64,000 bases of DNA from Camelus ferus (lineage: Eukaryota): contig NC_045696.1 in the NCBI RefSeq assembly GCF_009834535.1, forward strand, positions 33,916,001-33,980,000, given 5' to 3'. The first letter of the stretch is position 1. The number at the start of each line of letters is the position of its first letter. The notes under the pieces are model-generated. The model had not been told where the DNA came from. It ran no database searches and saw only the letters and a list, made by a program, of their open reading frames with translations. This document shows, piece by piece, positions 40,685 through 54,225 of this stretch. Made by a program: the position numbers and the translations under genes.

Positions 40685-42406
40685 TAGTACTTTATTTAAT
40701 CTAAGATGCCATCGATTCTCAGAAGTATCTTTTTTTGTGCGTGATTGTGAAGGAAAAAAATCTGCCAATTAAACTATGACAAGCTTTCCTGAAACATAAA
40801 TATTTTCATTTTATATTTGTTGAAAGAGCTCTTTTAGACTTTTTTAGATGTACAAGAATTTTTAAATATAATTTATGCATACATTTAAAGGAAAATATAA
40901 GCAGACTGTATTGCTTTGAGGAGGATACATAATTTTCTAAGTCTCAATTCAATTGATATGGAATTCCTAAATTAGGTTTACTTTCAGAGCCTACTCGTTT
41001 GAATCTTTTTGACTTACTCATCCATGAGCGTGTTTACACCCCAATAATCATCTACTGTCCCACTAAGTGCGTTTCTGATGCACAGTTATTTCTTACATCT
41101 TCACTATTTTCTTCAAAATATTCATCTAGACTCTTGACTCCCATTCAGCAGGTTTTGATATCTGACACTACATTCATCTTACCAGCAGGTGTTAATAGAT
41201 AGTATTCTTTCAGCAACAAGGGCTCATGCCCTTCTTTAAATGGTGCTTACATGGCTGGTTGAATGAAAATCATGAGGTTGCAATTGCAATTGTCCACTCA
41301 CACTGGCAGCAATAACAACTAAGACATCATAGTTTTGGATAATTGTATTTTAAAACTGGTCCAATGCACATCCACTAACTAAAATCAAGAAGTAAAATAT
41401 GGATACTCCTTAAGAAAGGTTCCTAAGTGTCTCTTCTAGAAAACATATATCCAGTCTAATAGCTCAGTAATTTTCCAACCATCTGTGTGTGTGTGCACGC
41501 ACATGTGTGTATGCACGCGCACATGTGTGTATGCACCTATGTATGTGCGTGAAATGGTTTTGAGGAGATAGTCCTCAGAAGTATTTTTAGGTTAAAATTC
41601 AACATGGAGGAAACATTTGGCCGTTGGCAACAAGCACAGCTTGCTTCATGGTGATACATCGCCTTTCTTCATCCATGCTCATGATCTTCATCTTTTCGTG
41701 CTTTGGTCTTGATGGTCTGGTCTAGGGGCATGTCAAAGAGCTGCAGGATTCATCACCTTATCCTACTTGACTAAATCTATATGCAGTTTTCTTCAACTGA
41801 ATCGCATGTTGCTGGAAGTGAAAGTACTCCTATTCAGTTAGTTGAAGTCTCTGACAAATGAATGTCAAGCACTTTAAGAATAATTCTGTGTTAACAATTG
41901 CATTGGTCACACCAACTTCTCATTGATTTGAAAGTTCATTCATTTATTCTGAGGTATACGGAAATTTCCCTTTCCTTCAGTTGCCTGGTCTGTGATTGCA
42001 ATCGTTTTACAAACATCTCAGTAATAAATATATGCAGGTCTGATATTCTTGGATCTCATTAAAGCTTTTGGTTTTTCTTTGCTAGAAACTATAGAATTGC
42101 ATTCATTCCTTGTCTGATGAATATTTGCTTCCTTAATATCAAATTCATGTCCTACTGCTCTGTTTCCATGCCTTTCTATGTACAAAATAACTTATTGTTT
42201 CAATTCTGAATCAGAGTAATCATTTTGATGACATTTTCAGCAATGCACATAACTCAATTTAAGTGACAATATGATTAGGCATGATAGAGTTCCCATATGT
42301 GCTGGAAATAGCAATTACATGAAGACTTAGCTAGCACTGATTTTAAGTTGCCATCAATTATTAAAATGTTAGAAGAAAATCATGCCTTATAAACAACAAA
42401 ACATTG
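40685..42406 (-). mobile_element. Near-full-length Kanga1-like TcMar-Tc2 DNA transposon with decayed pogo-type DDE transposase
   Basis: Both termini resemble Kanga/MER104 ends (aatctaagatgccatcgatt..tgccaattaaactatgaca; caatgcacataactcaatttaagtga). My manual minus-strand translation gives FDMPLDQTIKTK (DETP..FDMP region, ~41690-41740) and LVVIAASVSGQLQ..PHD..FNQP (IPGG.T..LQPLDV..NKPFK region, ~41245-41325), with stops and frameshifts. Confidence 0.8.
41484..41551. repeat. TG/CA-rich low-complexity repeat inside the Kanga element
   Basis: tgtgtgtgtgtgcacgcacatgtgtgtatgcacgcgcacatgtgtgtatgcac. Confidence 0.85.
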
Positions 42407-45400
42407 ATTCCTAGGGAATTCAGCATAGTGACCATTCTAAAACTTCTCTATTTTTTTCTCCACTCACGATTCCACCATTTACTTATTTTTAATACAGGAC
42501 TTCTTACATCACTTAGAGAATCAAGATGTTCAAATTAAGCTATTTATGTGCTCATCTGTCCACTTTTCCATAAAGTTCATCCAGACTCTTTCTTCTTTGC
42601 TTAAATCTCAGAGGCAAAGATACTCTTTTTCATTTTTAAAGATAAACTTCCTTTTGCTCTTTGCCTAGAAAAGATGTGTGACAAAAACGATGTGACTTAG
42701 ATAAACACCACAGGTGACTGTGATGTAGGTAGTCTTCAGCTCTGTTTGACAGACAATGGTGCCGCCATCTTTCATCTTTGCCTCCACTAGGAGCTCTCCT
42801 GCTGTTATAAATACACTCGTGGGGTAATAGAAGTTTCCTGTTCCTTTTATGCACTTCCTTCCTTTAAGGTTGTCGATACTAACATAGAAGTGTTTACCTT
42901 TCAGATGTTAAACTCCAGAGAATCCAGACGCTCTCAATTACTCCCAGCAGAAAACAGGATGAAACCCCCAAACAACAGTATGATTTGCCCTGACTGCAAG
43001 GTGCACTATGACCTTGGTGTTTTGAGGCTGAGGAGAATGAGAAGAATAAAAAAAGAAGAGAAAAGCGATGAATGATTAAAAAAAAAAAAGTGAAGGTACT
43101 TCTGGGCACCCATTCAAGGCTGATAGGGCATGGACTACAGGAAATCCTATACAAAGCATGATGGCATTTCTCACCTTTTCCCATAAGCATGCTTGAGTCC
43201 ACTGATTAAGAGTTTTCCCGGACCTACACATGCGCCCCACCAGATGTTGTGAGGTCTTATTTCAAGTATCTTGAAAACACTCTACTTCCTTTTATTTAAC
43301 TCTCAGAATTTTGAAGTGTATTCTTCTTTCTACTCATTTTCTCACCATCATTTGCTCTTTATCTCAAAGTATTCTGACCTTCTGCCCCTACACTAATGAA
43401 TCAAACTTCTGAAGGTCACCAATGACAATCACAAAATCAAATGGCCTTTTCCTCTGCCCTCTCTGCACCCACTGTACATGATTTTCACACTTTGACCACT
43501 CATCTTTGAGATTCTCTTTCCTTCTGACATTCCTAACACTAAACCAGGGATCCTCAACTTACTTACTTGTGTCATTTATTTCATTTTTATTGGATAAAAC
43601 TCAAATTTCACAAAAGGAAGAAGCTAAGGGAAATTGGTAAAAAAAAAAAAAGAAAAAAAAAAAGTTATGTTGAGAGCAAAATCTTTCCAGAAAGTCATAC
43701 AAAGAAAGGAATTGGAGACACACAACTTCCAACTCCACATTTCCAAACTGATTTTTTTCAGTGATAGGAATGTCCTTTCAAGCACGAAGAGAAGAAAGTC
43801 AGCATGTTATCTTTCTCCCATATACCAAAGGATGCTAACTTGCTTTTAATAACATTTAGCAATATACATTTAGTAAGAATGCTTTTAGAAGTCAACACCA
43901 GGGGTGGTTCCTTGGTTCACAATGATTTTTTTTTTTACTTATCTGATAATAACCCACTAATAAGCAAAAATGGGTTCTTAATAGCCATATGTGTACTCTA
44001 ACCTTTCTATTCTGAGTTCATCTGAATATCAAGGGATAAATATCTGACCTCAGTTGGACATATAGATTTGGTATCCTAGGAATTCAAAATTTAGAAGGGA
44101 GAAACACAGAGACTTGCTGGGTATTCTACCAGAGTCATGTTAATAAATATCAATACCTGTAGCAAAAGGTATTCCTTCAAGTCCTAACAGTTGCCCTAGC
44201 CCTGTTCTTCAAATAAAGTATACTGCTCAATTCTTCAACTAAAGGTGTTATTCAGTATTAAGTACTGCATAGACTTACAGTAAGAAGGTACCATTAGCTG
44301 AACCCTTATGAAAGAGATACCAAAACACTGCAGGGTTGGGCTGTGTTTTCCTCTTTTGCTGTCCCTCACAGACTTTGGAGTAAAATCCCAAGTTCCAAAT
44401 CATGCACATTTTGTGGATAAAAATCAAGCCATACGAAAATTTTGGTAGGTAAACATTGTTAGACTATATTTTTGTTATCAGGTTCAATGAGATGCTCAGC
44501 GTTTTATTACAAAGTTCAACCCACTTGCTTTGTTATCTCTTAACCATTTGTTTTCCTTCTCAGCTGAGCTCTGAGAATGGTTGTTATGTTCAGAGTTACT
44601 TTTTAGTGCCTGTTCTTTACAACACACTTGTGAGTTAGCAAAATATGATTATTCATACTGTACAGATGGTAGGACTAAGGTATAATGCCATCTAAAATCT
44701 GACTAGCAGGGTCGGACCAGAATTTATGATTCCCCAAACCTCAGGAAGTGCAGTATTTCCTGGGATATCCCTGCCCTCTCTTTAATGTTTATGAACAAAA
44801 GGCTGCGGAAAACTGCAATCTTTAATCAAAATGCCAAATACTTTTTCATACGGAACAGATCTGGTTCTCTCACTGCAATCAGTGTTGTTTCTTAAAATAT
44901 AGATAATGGTTATTAGTAGTACTCAGAGATAAGTTCTAGCTGATTTTGAAAAGCATTGTCTTTTGTGTTTTGCATGAGTTTAACTCCTTTCTCATTAGAT
45001 TTCTTGTTTAGGGCATGTTTTTTGAAACAAGCAGTAATCTCTGGTGGGAAAAATGTGTTGTTAGAAATAACATTGAGCTAAGTATTTAACCCTATGCTCC
45101 AGGTCTGGGAAACTGCCAGCTTAGTCACCCAGGGTAAATGACATTCTGTAGCAAGAAATATATGAAAATTCAGATTTAACTTATTTTACTACTGGTAAAG
45201 AAAGGAAGGACATAGGGAAAAAATAATTCAGACTGATACATTTATGTTCTTATTTCTAAAGCAGCTATACATCAATATTAATAAAATGATTTTTCCCCTC
45301 TAAAAACTAGGTATAGGAAGAAAACATGTTGGCCTCGCGTATGCATTTTTCCCATTCCTTCTCTTCTGGGGCCAATTTTGGAGTAACTAGGTTAACTGAA

Positions 45401-45699
45401 CACATAGAATAAGATTACAATTGACTTTCCATAATGTAGAAATCAAAATACGCCTTTGCTCTATTTATCATCTATATAGTATCCAAATTAAGATTTCTGA
45501 AAGGGTTTTCAAAGTTGAGTTTACCAGCCATGTCGTTCAGACGTTTCTTCTGTCGGTTAATGAAGCGCAGGGGCTCACCTAATTCATGTGACTCCCATTC
45601 GTCATTGCTGCCGCAGTGAAGCCCAAAATGAAATTCCATTCTTCATTCAGTTCCTGTAGCTCAACAGTAGTCAGGTAATCAAGCACAACTCCTGGGGTC

Positions 45700-45795
45700 T
45701 TGCATTTTCAGGTGAGGAAACTAAGGTCAAGTGACTTTCCCTGGGTCACACAGCAAGACACCGTAAGAACAGGGAAAAGATCCAGCAACCTTGGA
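45700..45795 (-). mobile_element. MIR core fragment
   Basis: cattttcaggtgaggaaactaaggtcaagtgactttccctgggtcacacagc. Confidence 0.8.
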
Positions 45796-46049
45796 CTGCC
45801 TCAGACGTTACCAAGACCACCGATGCATACCACCTTCTCAGGTAATTGCCTTCTCTGATATCAAGTGGGTCACATTTTATTACCTCTTTTTTTTCCTCTT
45901 TGAATAGAATCTTTTTTCTTTCTTTCTTTCTTCTTTTTCTTCTTCTTTTAAACAGGCATTTAGAGATGCTATTGTCTGCTTAGTGTTTCTGGTAATTATC
46001 TTCAAGGAAACCAGAATACAAATTTAAAGCCCTCATTAACATGCTGATT

Positions 46050-46225
46050 AGAAATTTCTCTCAAAGACTCAAAAGGCTGGAAGAGACCCCCAGAGATCAT
46101 CTGATCCAGCCCCCGACTTCAGGCGTGTTTCACCTAAACAGCTTCCAGCAGATGGAAGACTGTATTTATGACCCCCAAGGAGAGAGTCCCCAACCTCCCT
46201 GGGCAACACAACCCTGGGCTTAGAT
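46050..46225 (-). mobile_element. L3/CR1 3' fragment
   Basis: ggctggaagagacccccagagatcatctgatccagccc..ggagagtccccaacctccctgggcaac. Confidence 0.55.
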
Positions 46226-48031
46226 CTGCTTTACTATGTAATGGGTTATGTGCAAATTGTAGAAGAAACTGCCCTCTCTTGTAATGTCAGATATTACTAA
46301 AATGACTAAGAGTAACCATAATTTATATTTGTATTCATGTAATTTATCTGACCAACATTTCTGACTCTATTTTAGAAAAGTCTTCCTTGTCATTAGGCAT
46401 TCTTTTGACATAAACCTGTTGGAATTTATTTTTAAATTTTAAACCATATTCTGGAAGACACTGAATATTTGTCATTTTAATTGAAGTAAAATGTCTGCCC
46501 TTTTTATTTTTATGCTTTTTGCTTCTCCAGTGCTGAACGTGTCCCACAGAAATACTAGTATTTCTCTCAATCTCTATTTCATCATCTGAACCTGGATAAC
46601 CTCAGCCTGGGTTTGAGGGAACTGTGAGACTTAAGAACTGTTTCTTGTGACTTAGATATTGAATAGGGTACATGCATACATCCTGACTTGTTCCAGGGAA
46701 TTGTCTTCATCAATTTCTAATTTCTTTAGCAGATTGTGGGCAGGGCTTCAAAAAAATCGCAGCTCCATAATCCTAATCCTATTTCTGCATCATTCCTTTC
46801 TGGAACCGATCTCATCTCTGTCCATTTACGCTTCTGACGTAAAATAATTTTCCATCTTCATTCAAATCAGAATATATTTACAAAAATATTAATGAGTGTT
46901 CTGAATTTTCACACTGAATGGCAGAAATCATTTGCTGCAAGAAATTTCCTAGCTCAAATGCACCTAGGCGAATAAGAAGTTTACCCAAAGGGCTGGCCTC
47001 TCATATATACAAACCTGGCCTCAATGAGCTACATGAATTATACCCTGGGCCCTGATGGTGGTGGGAACATCTTGTCATTTCTTCATAAACCATAATGTCT
47101 AAGTATATCAACAATGCCTGCAGAGTTCTGAGACTGCCTTCCAGATCTTCTCTCTTCTTTATTCTCTGTCTCTTTATTAAGACAGGACAGGGCAAGCATT
47201 GGCTTGGAAGCTGGGTCATCGAGGGTTCCTCGTTATAGAACTCCTAGTGATAACAGTGAGTTTCAGCAATTCTTTGTTATGGGCCCTGATATCTATTTGT
47301 AAAACTAACAGCTTGTAACAGATGACTTGTAAGACCCTGTTAACCTCTGAAATTCTAGCATAGAAGAAATAAATGACTGAATAAATTATTAAGCATTCTG
47401 ATCTAGTTTTACCTACTTTGTCTTTCTTGCAATAAAACTGAATGGTATGACTTGAATATGCATTTTTGAAATGTATTTAAATTATAAGCTAAATGTTGAT
47501 TGAATATCGTTGACTTAATACAACTAATGTTTATTGAAACCTTATCTGCCAGCAATGTGTGGAGGACAAAAGAAAAAGGCAGTCAGTTATTTAAACATTT
47601 AAATATGTTGATTGTCAACACTATGAATACAGCCTGAGTCCAAAATTAAATCTCAAATAAAATTTTGATTAAATACAAATGCACTATATCCATAAAGCAG
47701 AACAAAGTATTAAACCAAGTCTGTTTCAATGAAAAATTTCATGTCAGGATTTGTCCAAATGTCATGTGTTTTACTCCCTTTCCTAGGAACCTGCTAGAGC
47801 CGATGTGAGAACGCAGCAGGGGTACTCTTGCCAGGGGAAAGCTAGACACGTTAGCATTTCGAACACAGCTAACCATGATGCATGACAGTAGAGAAGAACA
47901 GTATATCTATGTCAGTAAGGTCAACAGTGCTTTTTAGAACCACTTGGGGGGTGTAAGATAGCATTAGGGAATCAATCTACAACTGGAATAGGGCCAATGA
48001 GTCATACTTTTAAACAAACTTAGTCTCACCT

Positions 48032-48480
48032 CTGGTAGACAGAATGCTGTCCCTCAAAGGTGTTCACGTCCTAATGCCTGGAACTTGTGAGTAAGTTGTG
48101 TTACATGGCAAAGGGAAATTAAGGTTACAGATGGAATTCAGATTGCTAACCACCTGACTCTAAAATCAGGAGATTATCCTGGAATATCTGAGTGGGTCCC
48201 CTGCAGTCACAAATGACCTTAAATGTGGAAGGAGGTTAGCAGAGTCAGAGTTGGAGACAGATTTGAAGATGTTACTCTGCAAGCTTTGAAGATGGAGGAA
48301 GGGGCAAGGAGTCAAAGAATTCAGGCAGCCTCTAGAAAACACACCCCTGATGAAACCTTGATTTCAGTCCAGTAAGACCCATTTCAGAATTCTGGCCTCC
48401 ATGACTGTCAAATAATACATTTGAGTTGTTAGGCAGTAAGTTTGTGGTAGTCTGTTACAGCAGCAGTGGGAAACTCGTAC
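48032..48480 (+). mobile_element. MLT1D MaLR solo LTR
   Basis: tggtagacagaatg..cacgtcctaatgcctggaac..ttacatggcaaagggaaattaaggttacagatggaatt..tttgaagatggaggaagggg..tgttacagcagcagtgggaaactcgtaca. Confidence 0.92.
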
Positions 48481-51400
48481 AGCATCCTTCTGGTAAAAAA
48501 CCAAGGGTAGACATCCGAGAGAGGTTAGGGGTAAACCACTTGAACAGCCTCCTTTATAAACCAATATCCTGCTCCCACTAATCTCAAAATTGTATTTGAG
48601 ACGCTCCATATCTCCAAAGGCAGCAGCTGTTGTCATAAAAACTGTCCTCACCCATACGTCTGTTCTGACGTGACAAATCACCTTGCTACACTTAACTACA
48701 AATTTAACCCTCTTAATACAAGTTACTTTGCTTGTGGGGTTAGTTGTCATCATCTAGAATAGATTATTCTTAATTTGGCAGAAACTCTATCTTGATACCT
48801 CTTTACACCTCTTTATGCCATACATAGAATAGACCATCACTAAATACGATCGTTGACTGTGTTCTCACAAGGACCTCGTAAAAATTAGTCTCAGGTGGAC
48901 ACTAATCTCACAACTGGGTCTGTATGTGCATCAACAAGATTCCAACAAACTGAATGCTCAGGTCTGTTTAAGAATGATTATCTTAAAGTTGTAATTTAAA
49001 AATAATATTAAATTTTTAATTTTTAAATTGTATGTTTTAGGCTGGTTTATAGCCTAAGTTATACTTCTGACAAATAAAAAAGAAACAAAAAGTGAAGATA
49101 AGCAATTCTCATATTAAACTATGAAAATATGATACAGCACTCCTTCAGAGTCTGAACATTATGTACATTCAGATATTACTTATGATTACTATTGTGTCTA
49201 TCAGTAAGTTCAGGTTTATGCACTTTAGACATTCCTATATTTTCACTGCATCTAAAATATCGAAAATTATTTTCAAAATTATTTTAATTTTTCATCTACT
49301 CTTAGACATCTCTGAACTTCTGAGTCACTTCCCTGCATATAAAGAGAGACACATTTAAGAGGAGACCTTTTAAAAATGATGACACATTTCTAAATACAAT
49401 AGATTAATTATAGCCCAACTATCTTAAAGATTTCCAAACAAATTTATGGTCACAAGTTCAATTAATCACATAATTTTTTTAGTGGCCCCAAATTGTACGA
49501 CCATATAGTGTGACTTGTCATTTTAATTCTTGATGTACGTTTAATACTTTTACTAGACTTTTAACTTCTTTAAAACAAAACCCATCCCTAGTTCATTTTT
49601 AGACCCCTTAACTAGCATTGCATGTTTCATATTGCAGGTGCTCTTTAAATATTTGTTATGTGACTGAATAAAACAATGAAGAGAAGCCCATGTAAATGTA
49701 GCTTGAAATGGGTGTTACTATAAAAGGCCATCTTATTTGTGTAATAATAAGAAATAGAAAGTGTAATGCCACTGTTTTAGTAAATTATTCATACTTAGTA
49801 ATTTACCAAGATCTAACATCCACAGCCTCTTTTAATTTCTACTCATTTGAAATAGAAAGTGAGATAGCTATTAAGGTTTATTTTATTGAAGAATCAAGTC
49901 CATCACTCCTATACTGAAGTTCATTTCTACCTTATATGGCAGTAGCTCTGTGCTCCAGAGTCCTTATTGGATTGAAGAGCAAATCTATACATACGCTGTG
50001 TTGTGCCAGGGGGCACAAATACTGTCTTGATTTACTCATGTGCAACTCCTATTAACACTGTGAGGAATTCAGCGCAAAGCTGAGTATATTTTTCAAGAAG
50101 GATCATGTTGTTACACATCCAAGTAACACACGAACTCTTTTTGACTATAAAACCAATGATGTGCAGCCCTACACACTTAGGGTCCTCATTTAGCTTTTCA
50201 TTGACTAAATGTCCGACTGGTCTGACTCATTCTTTGTGGCAGATATTTTTAAAAGCAAGATTTGACAAACAGAAAAATGAGGCAAATTTCTGGAACTATG
50301 AAAGCATGGAGACAGAAGTCATAGGGAAAATTCCAAATTGTCATGCTGTAACATGGCGAACATGCTAAAACATGGGCAATGTTGCGTACATTATTTAGCT
50401 TGAAAGGGACAGAAATTACCCACATGTTTGAGATAATCTCCTTTGAGTGTTGTCCTTTGTTTTGTCGGGTAGAAGCAGCACTGCCTATTCTGCTCTGAAT
50501 TTGGAGATGTTAAGAGAGGGGGATCCATGTACAGACGCTGAGCCCTGACGAGAGCTGGGAACCAGGAAGGGATGGTACAACGGGAGATCCTTCTCCAGCT
50601 TACCTTTGCCTGAAATCAAACCTCGTATTCCTCTGTGAGTGCATGTGGACCTTACACAGTCCACACTCTTTGCTGTCCTGCCCCCTGAGCACACACAACC
50701 TCCCCAGTCATAGCCACGTGGTAATTGACCAACAGAGCCGACGTCATCGACCAGGAAGTACGAACACACCAAAGGAGTCTTTCCTCACATCCTCTGACTC
50801 AACACCTTATTAGCTGTATGACTTTGAAAAGCCATTTCATTTCTCTCTTAACTGTTTACTTCAAGAAATAAGAGACTTTTCAGACTTTGCCAATGACTCT
50901 GTCCTAAGTTTCTACGTCTCTAAAAACAATTCAGTGCTATATAAGTTGACATGTTATTCACAACTTTGCTTATAAATAGTCAATTTTGTCCTGTAACATT
51001 ATTAAATATAAGGCAGAATATAGTTTGTAATTAATGAAATAGCAAAACAGTTTTATAGTCTGTACAAATTTGAACCTAAATGAAACAGGAAGCAAAAAAG
51101 GGGATATCCACATTACTCTTTAGATTATTTATTGACTTGGAACCAGGCTCTCTAGACATATGCTGTTTATGGGGATGGATAATGTTGGCTGCTTTCAGAT
51201 ATATGAAGACTTGAAACTAAGTGTGTTAAGTCAATAGAAATGTACTAATTATATATCATGTCATTTTGGCATTGAAACATTGAAACATAGGTAATAAAAG
51301 ATGCTACTGCATTATTAAGTTTTGATGAAATATACTTACATTCCAGTAGGAAATGATTGAAGTGTGTGACAAGAAATTCTCTATTCTCTCTGAACCCAAG

Positions 51401-51744
51401 GAGCTTAGGATCAGCTGCTGAGGAGAAGAGACCAACACAAACAAGTCTGTAATGAATCCTCCCAATATAATAAATACCAATGTTAGGCACATATTTCTTA
51501 AAAAAGTCAATTCTACAAATACAATGGAGTCAAGAACAAGAAAAACAGTTTTTTTTTTTTTAATTAAGGAGAAAGAAAAGGGCTAACTGGGGAGTAGGGT
51601 AGGGTGGAGTGTCTGTTAGGGTGAAGGTAACCAGGATCAGAATTGGAAAACATAAATTGAATATTTATATTTTCTCTATTACAGATGACTGAAATTCAAA
51701 GTGAAGAGATTGCTCTTGATAAAACACAAAAAGATGAGAGAGCT

Positions 51745-51990
51745 GGGAACAATACTGTGCATTGCTTGGTATGTGTTGGTGCTACTCTGGATGTTTACAT
51801 GTATTAGTTCATTTAATTCTTTCAACAGCCACATGAAGGTAGTACTGATATTATCTCTATTGTACATGTGATGAAATGAACATGGAGAGGTGCAATGACT
51901 TGCCCCAGGTCTGACAGCTAGAAAGTGGCTGAGTCGGCACAGACCTGGGCAGTCTATGTCCAAAGCCAGCACTCTCAATCATGATGTTGT
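51745..51990 (-). mobile_element. MIR SINE
   Basis: acatgtattagttcatttaattctttcaacagccacatgaaggtagtact..tgacttgccccaggtctgacagctagaaagtggctgag..cctgggcagtct. Confidence 0.85.
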
Positions 51991-53199
51991 ATGCTCTCAA
52001 GGGCCAAAAGAGTAGAAGAGGGTGTCTATTTAAATGATAGCTAAGACACCAAAAGACTGAAAAATGGCAAATACTCTGGATTTCAAAGAGGACACTATGT
52101 TAAAAAATATTCCAGAAAATTCTTTTAAATAGATTATTAAATTATGTTTTATTAATACTCAGAAAAGAAACTGTTAATCATGTGGAGGGAATATTGTTTC
52201 CTCTGGAATGAATGACACCAAACTCAACTCATCTCTTCTATCTTTATAGGTTGCTGGAACAGATAAAGTGTGATATAACATAGGCATACCTTGATCTCAG
52301 CAGAAAATTCTTTCTGCTTTATCAAAAATTACAAAAATCTTCAAAATGGTCCTAAAAAATGAAAGTTAAATAAAATCTTGATGACTTTGTATGAATGGAT
52401 TCATAGACAGCTACCATGGCTCAAAAGTACTTACAAGCGAATCAATATAAAGAAGAATGGATGTCTCTAGTGATGCATGAAAACTTTTGTATTTGGGTTA
52501 AAATTATCCATAGTCAAGTATAGGATGGGGAGAACTGAGTAGGAATTTATATTTTAAAAAAAATACTAAAAGTTTTAATTGGCTAAAAGTTTGATACAAT
52601 TCAAAGGACATGATAGTCAAAAAATTGTAACACAATCGAAGAGAGTACTATCAGAAATTCCGTGTACAGAACAAGGGAGGTAATAGATGGCATCATTCCA
52701 AGATCGCATGTAAACAATTATGTTCCACGTGAGGTGAGCGACACACAATGAAGGGAAATAAGCAGGAGGGAAACCCGGATGGTAAAAATTTGGATATTTA
52801 ATAAATGAATAACAGAAGTTCAGTCTGTAGAACAGATATGTGCGTGTGCGCACATGCACGTGCATGAGTTCACACATGTATGTGGGGTCCAGACGTGAGT
52901 ATTGAGATCATGTTGCTCTCTTTCTGAGAAACAGAATAGCATGCTCTGATTCACATTTTAATGGGACCACTCTGTCTGCTCTATTGAGACAAGAGAGGAG
53001 TGAGGGAAGGATGGAAGCAGGGAAGTAATACAGGTGGTAATGATCCAGAAGATGAAAGTTTCATGGATTGGGATGATTCTGAACTGTGAAATGCTCTATC
53101 TTTTTGGCTTTACCCTATCTTTAAGGGTGAAGCCAGTAAGATTTGATGACACTATCTGTAAGGAATGAAACACCATATACCAAGACATCATTTTAGTCA

Positions 53200-53405
53200 T
53201 AATAAACTTCCCAGATTTAAAGGAAACTTAGAAACCTTCTTATCAAGACTGATTCTTTAAAGGAATTCTTTCTACAACAATCTACTCCTGCTTGACTACT
53301 TCTGTGACAAGGAACTCACTGTGTCACATACCATTCATCACATTTTAGAAAAGCTCTGCTTTTAAAAGCTCTTTTACTTATAGGAGCCTAAGCCTGTTTC
53401 TCTTT
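53200..53405 (-). mobile_element. L3/CR1 fragment
   Basis: aaggaaacttagaaacc..cctgcttgactacttctgtgacaaggaactcactg..agctctgcttttaaaagctctttt. Confidence 0.55.
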
Positions 53406-53417
53406 GATGAGCAAGAG

Positions 53418-54225
53418 TGATAGTGTGAAAATAGGTATCTGGTCTTTATCCTCAGCACGAAGCTCTTAAAGCCCTAGGGAATTCAAGTGATAAGAGCAAT
53501 AAAGGTGTGTGTATTCATAACAAGCTCACAAGTGGGTATTAATGAGGTGACTTTTTGGAAAGCATCTAAGAACAGGCGCTGGTCACCAAGGGAACCAACA
53601 TTAGAGGGTTGGAACTTACAGTCTCCTTCCTCCAAAATCTGGAGAGGGGAGAGGAGCTGAAGACTGAGTTCATTCACCACTGGTCAGTGATTTAATCAAC
53701 CATGCCTATGTAAGGAAGCTTCCATAAAACCCCAAAAGGTTGGGGTTCTGGGAGCTTCCAGGTTGGTGAACCAGAATGCATCCATGTGCCACTGTGCCTG
53801 GGCCCCAAACCCCATGGGGACAGAAGACCCTGCATTCAGGACCTTGCCCGATGTATCTCTTCACCTGGCTGGTGATTCCATATCCTTTACTATCTATTGT
53901 AATAAACTGATAATCTAATGAGTAAACTGGTTTCCTGTGTTCTGTGATAATCCAACAAATGAATCAAACCCAAGGAGCAGGTCATAGGAATCTCTGATTT
54001 ACAGCTGATTGGTCAGAAGCACAGGTAACAACCTGGACTTGTGATTGGCGGGAGCACTTTTGGGGGACTGAGCCACATCAGCCCTGCAGATATGATGCTA
54101 CCTCTGGGTGGAGAGCGTGGGAATCGTCGGAACTGAGCTCAACTGTAAGACACCCAGCTGGTGTTGGAGAACTGCTTGGTGTGGGAAAAATATCCTACAT
54201 GTCGGAATTGGTGTCAGAGAGTGAC
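53418..54225 (+). mobile_element. MER21-family endogenous retroviral solo LTR
   Basis: tggtctttatcc..agctcttaaagccctagg..ttagagggttggaactt..ggagaggggagaggagctgaagactgag..tttaatcaaccatgcctatgtaa..aataaac..ggtcagaagcacaggtaacaacctggacttgtgattggc..gacacccagctggtgttggaga. Confidence 0.85.

Noticed and set aside
52278..52295. Tigger1-like TIR (aggcatacct)
   Set aside because: The short match does not extend and there is no partner TIR.
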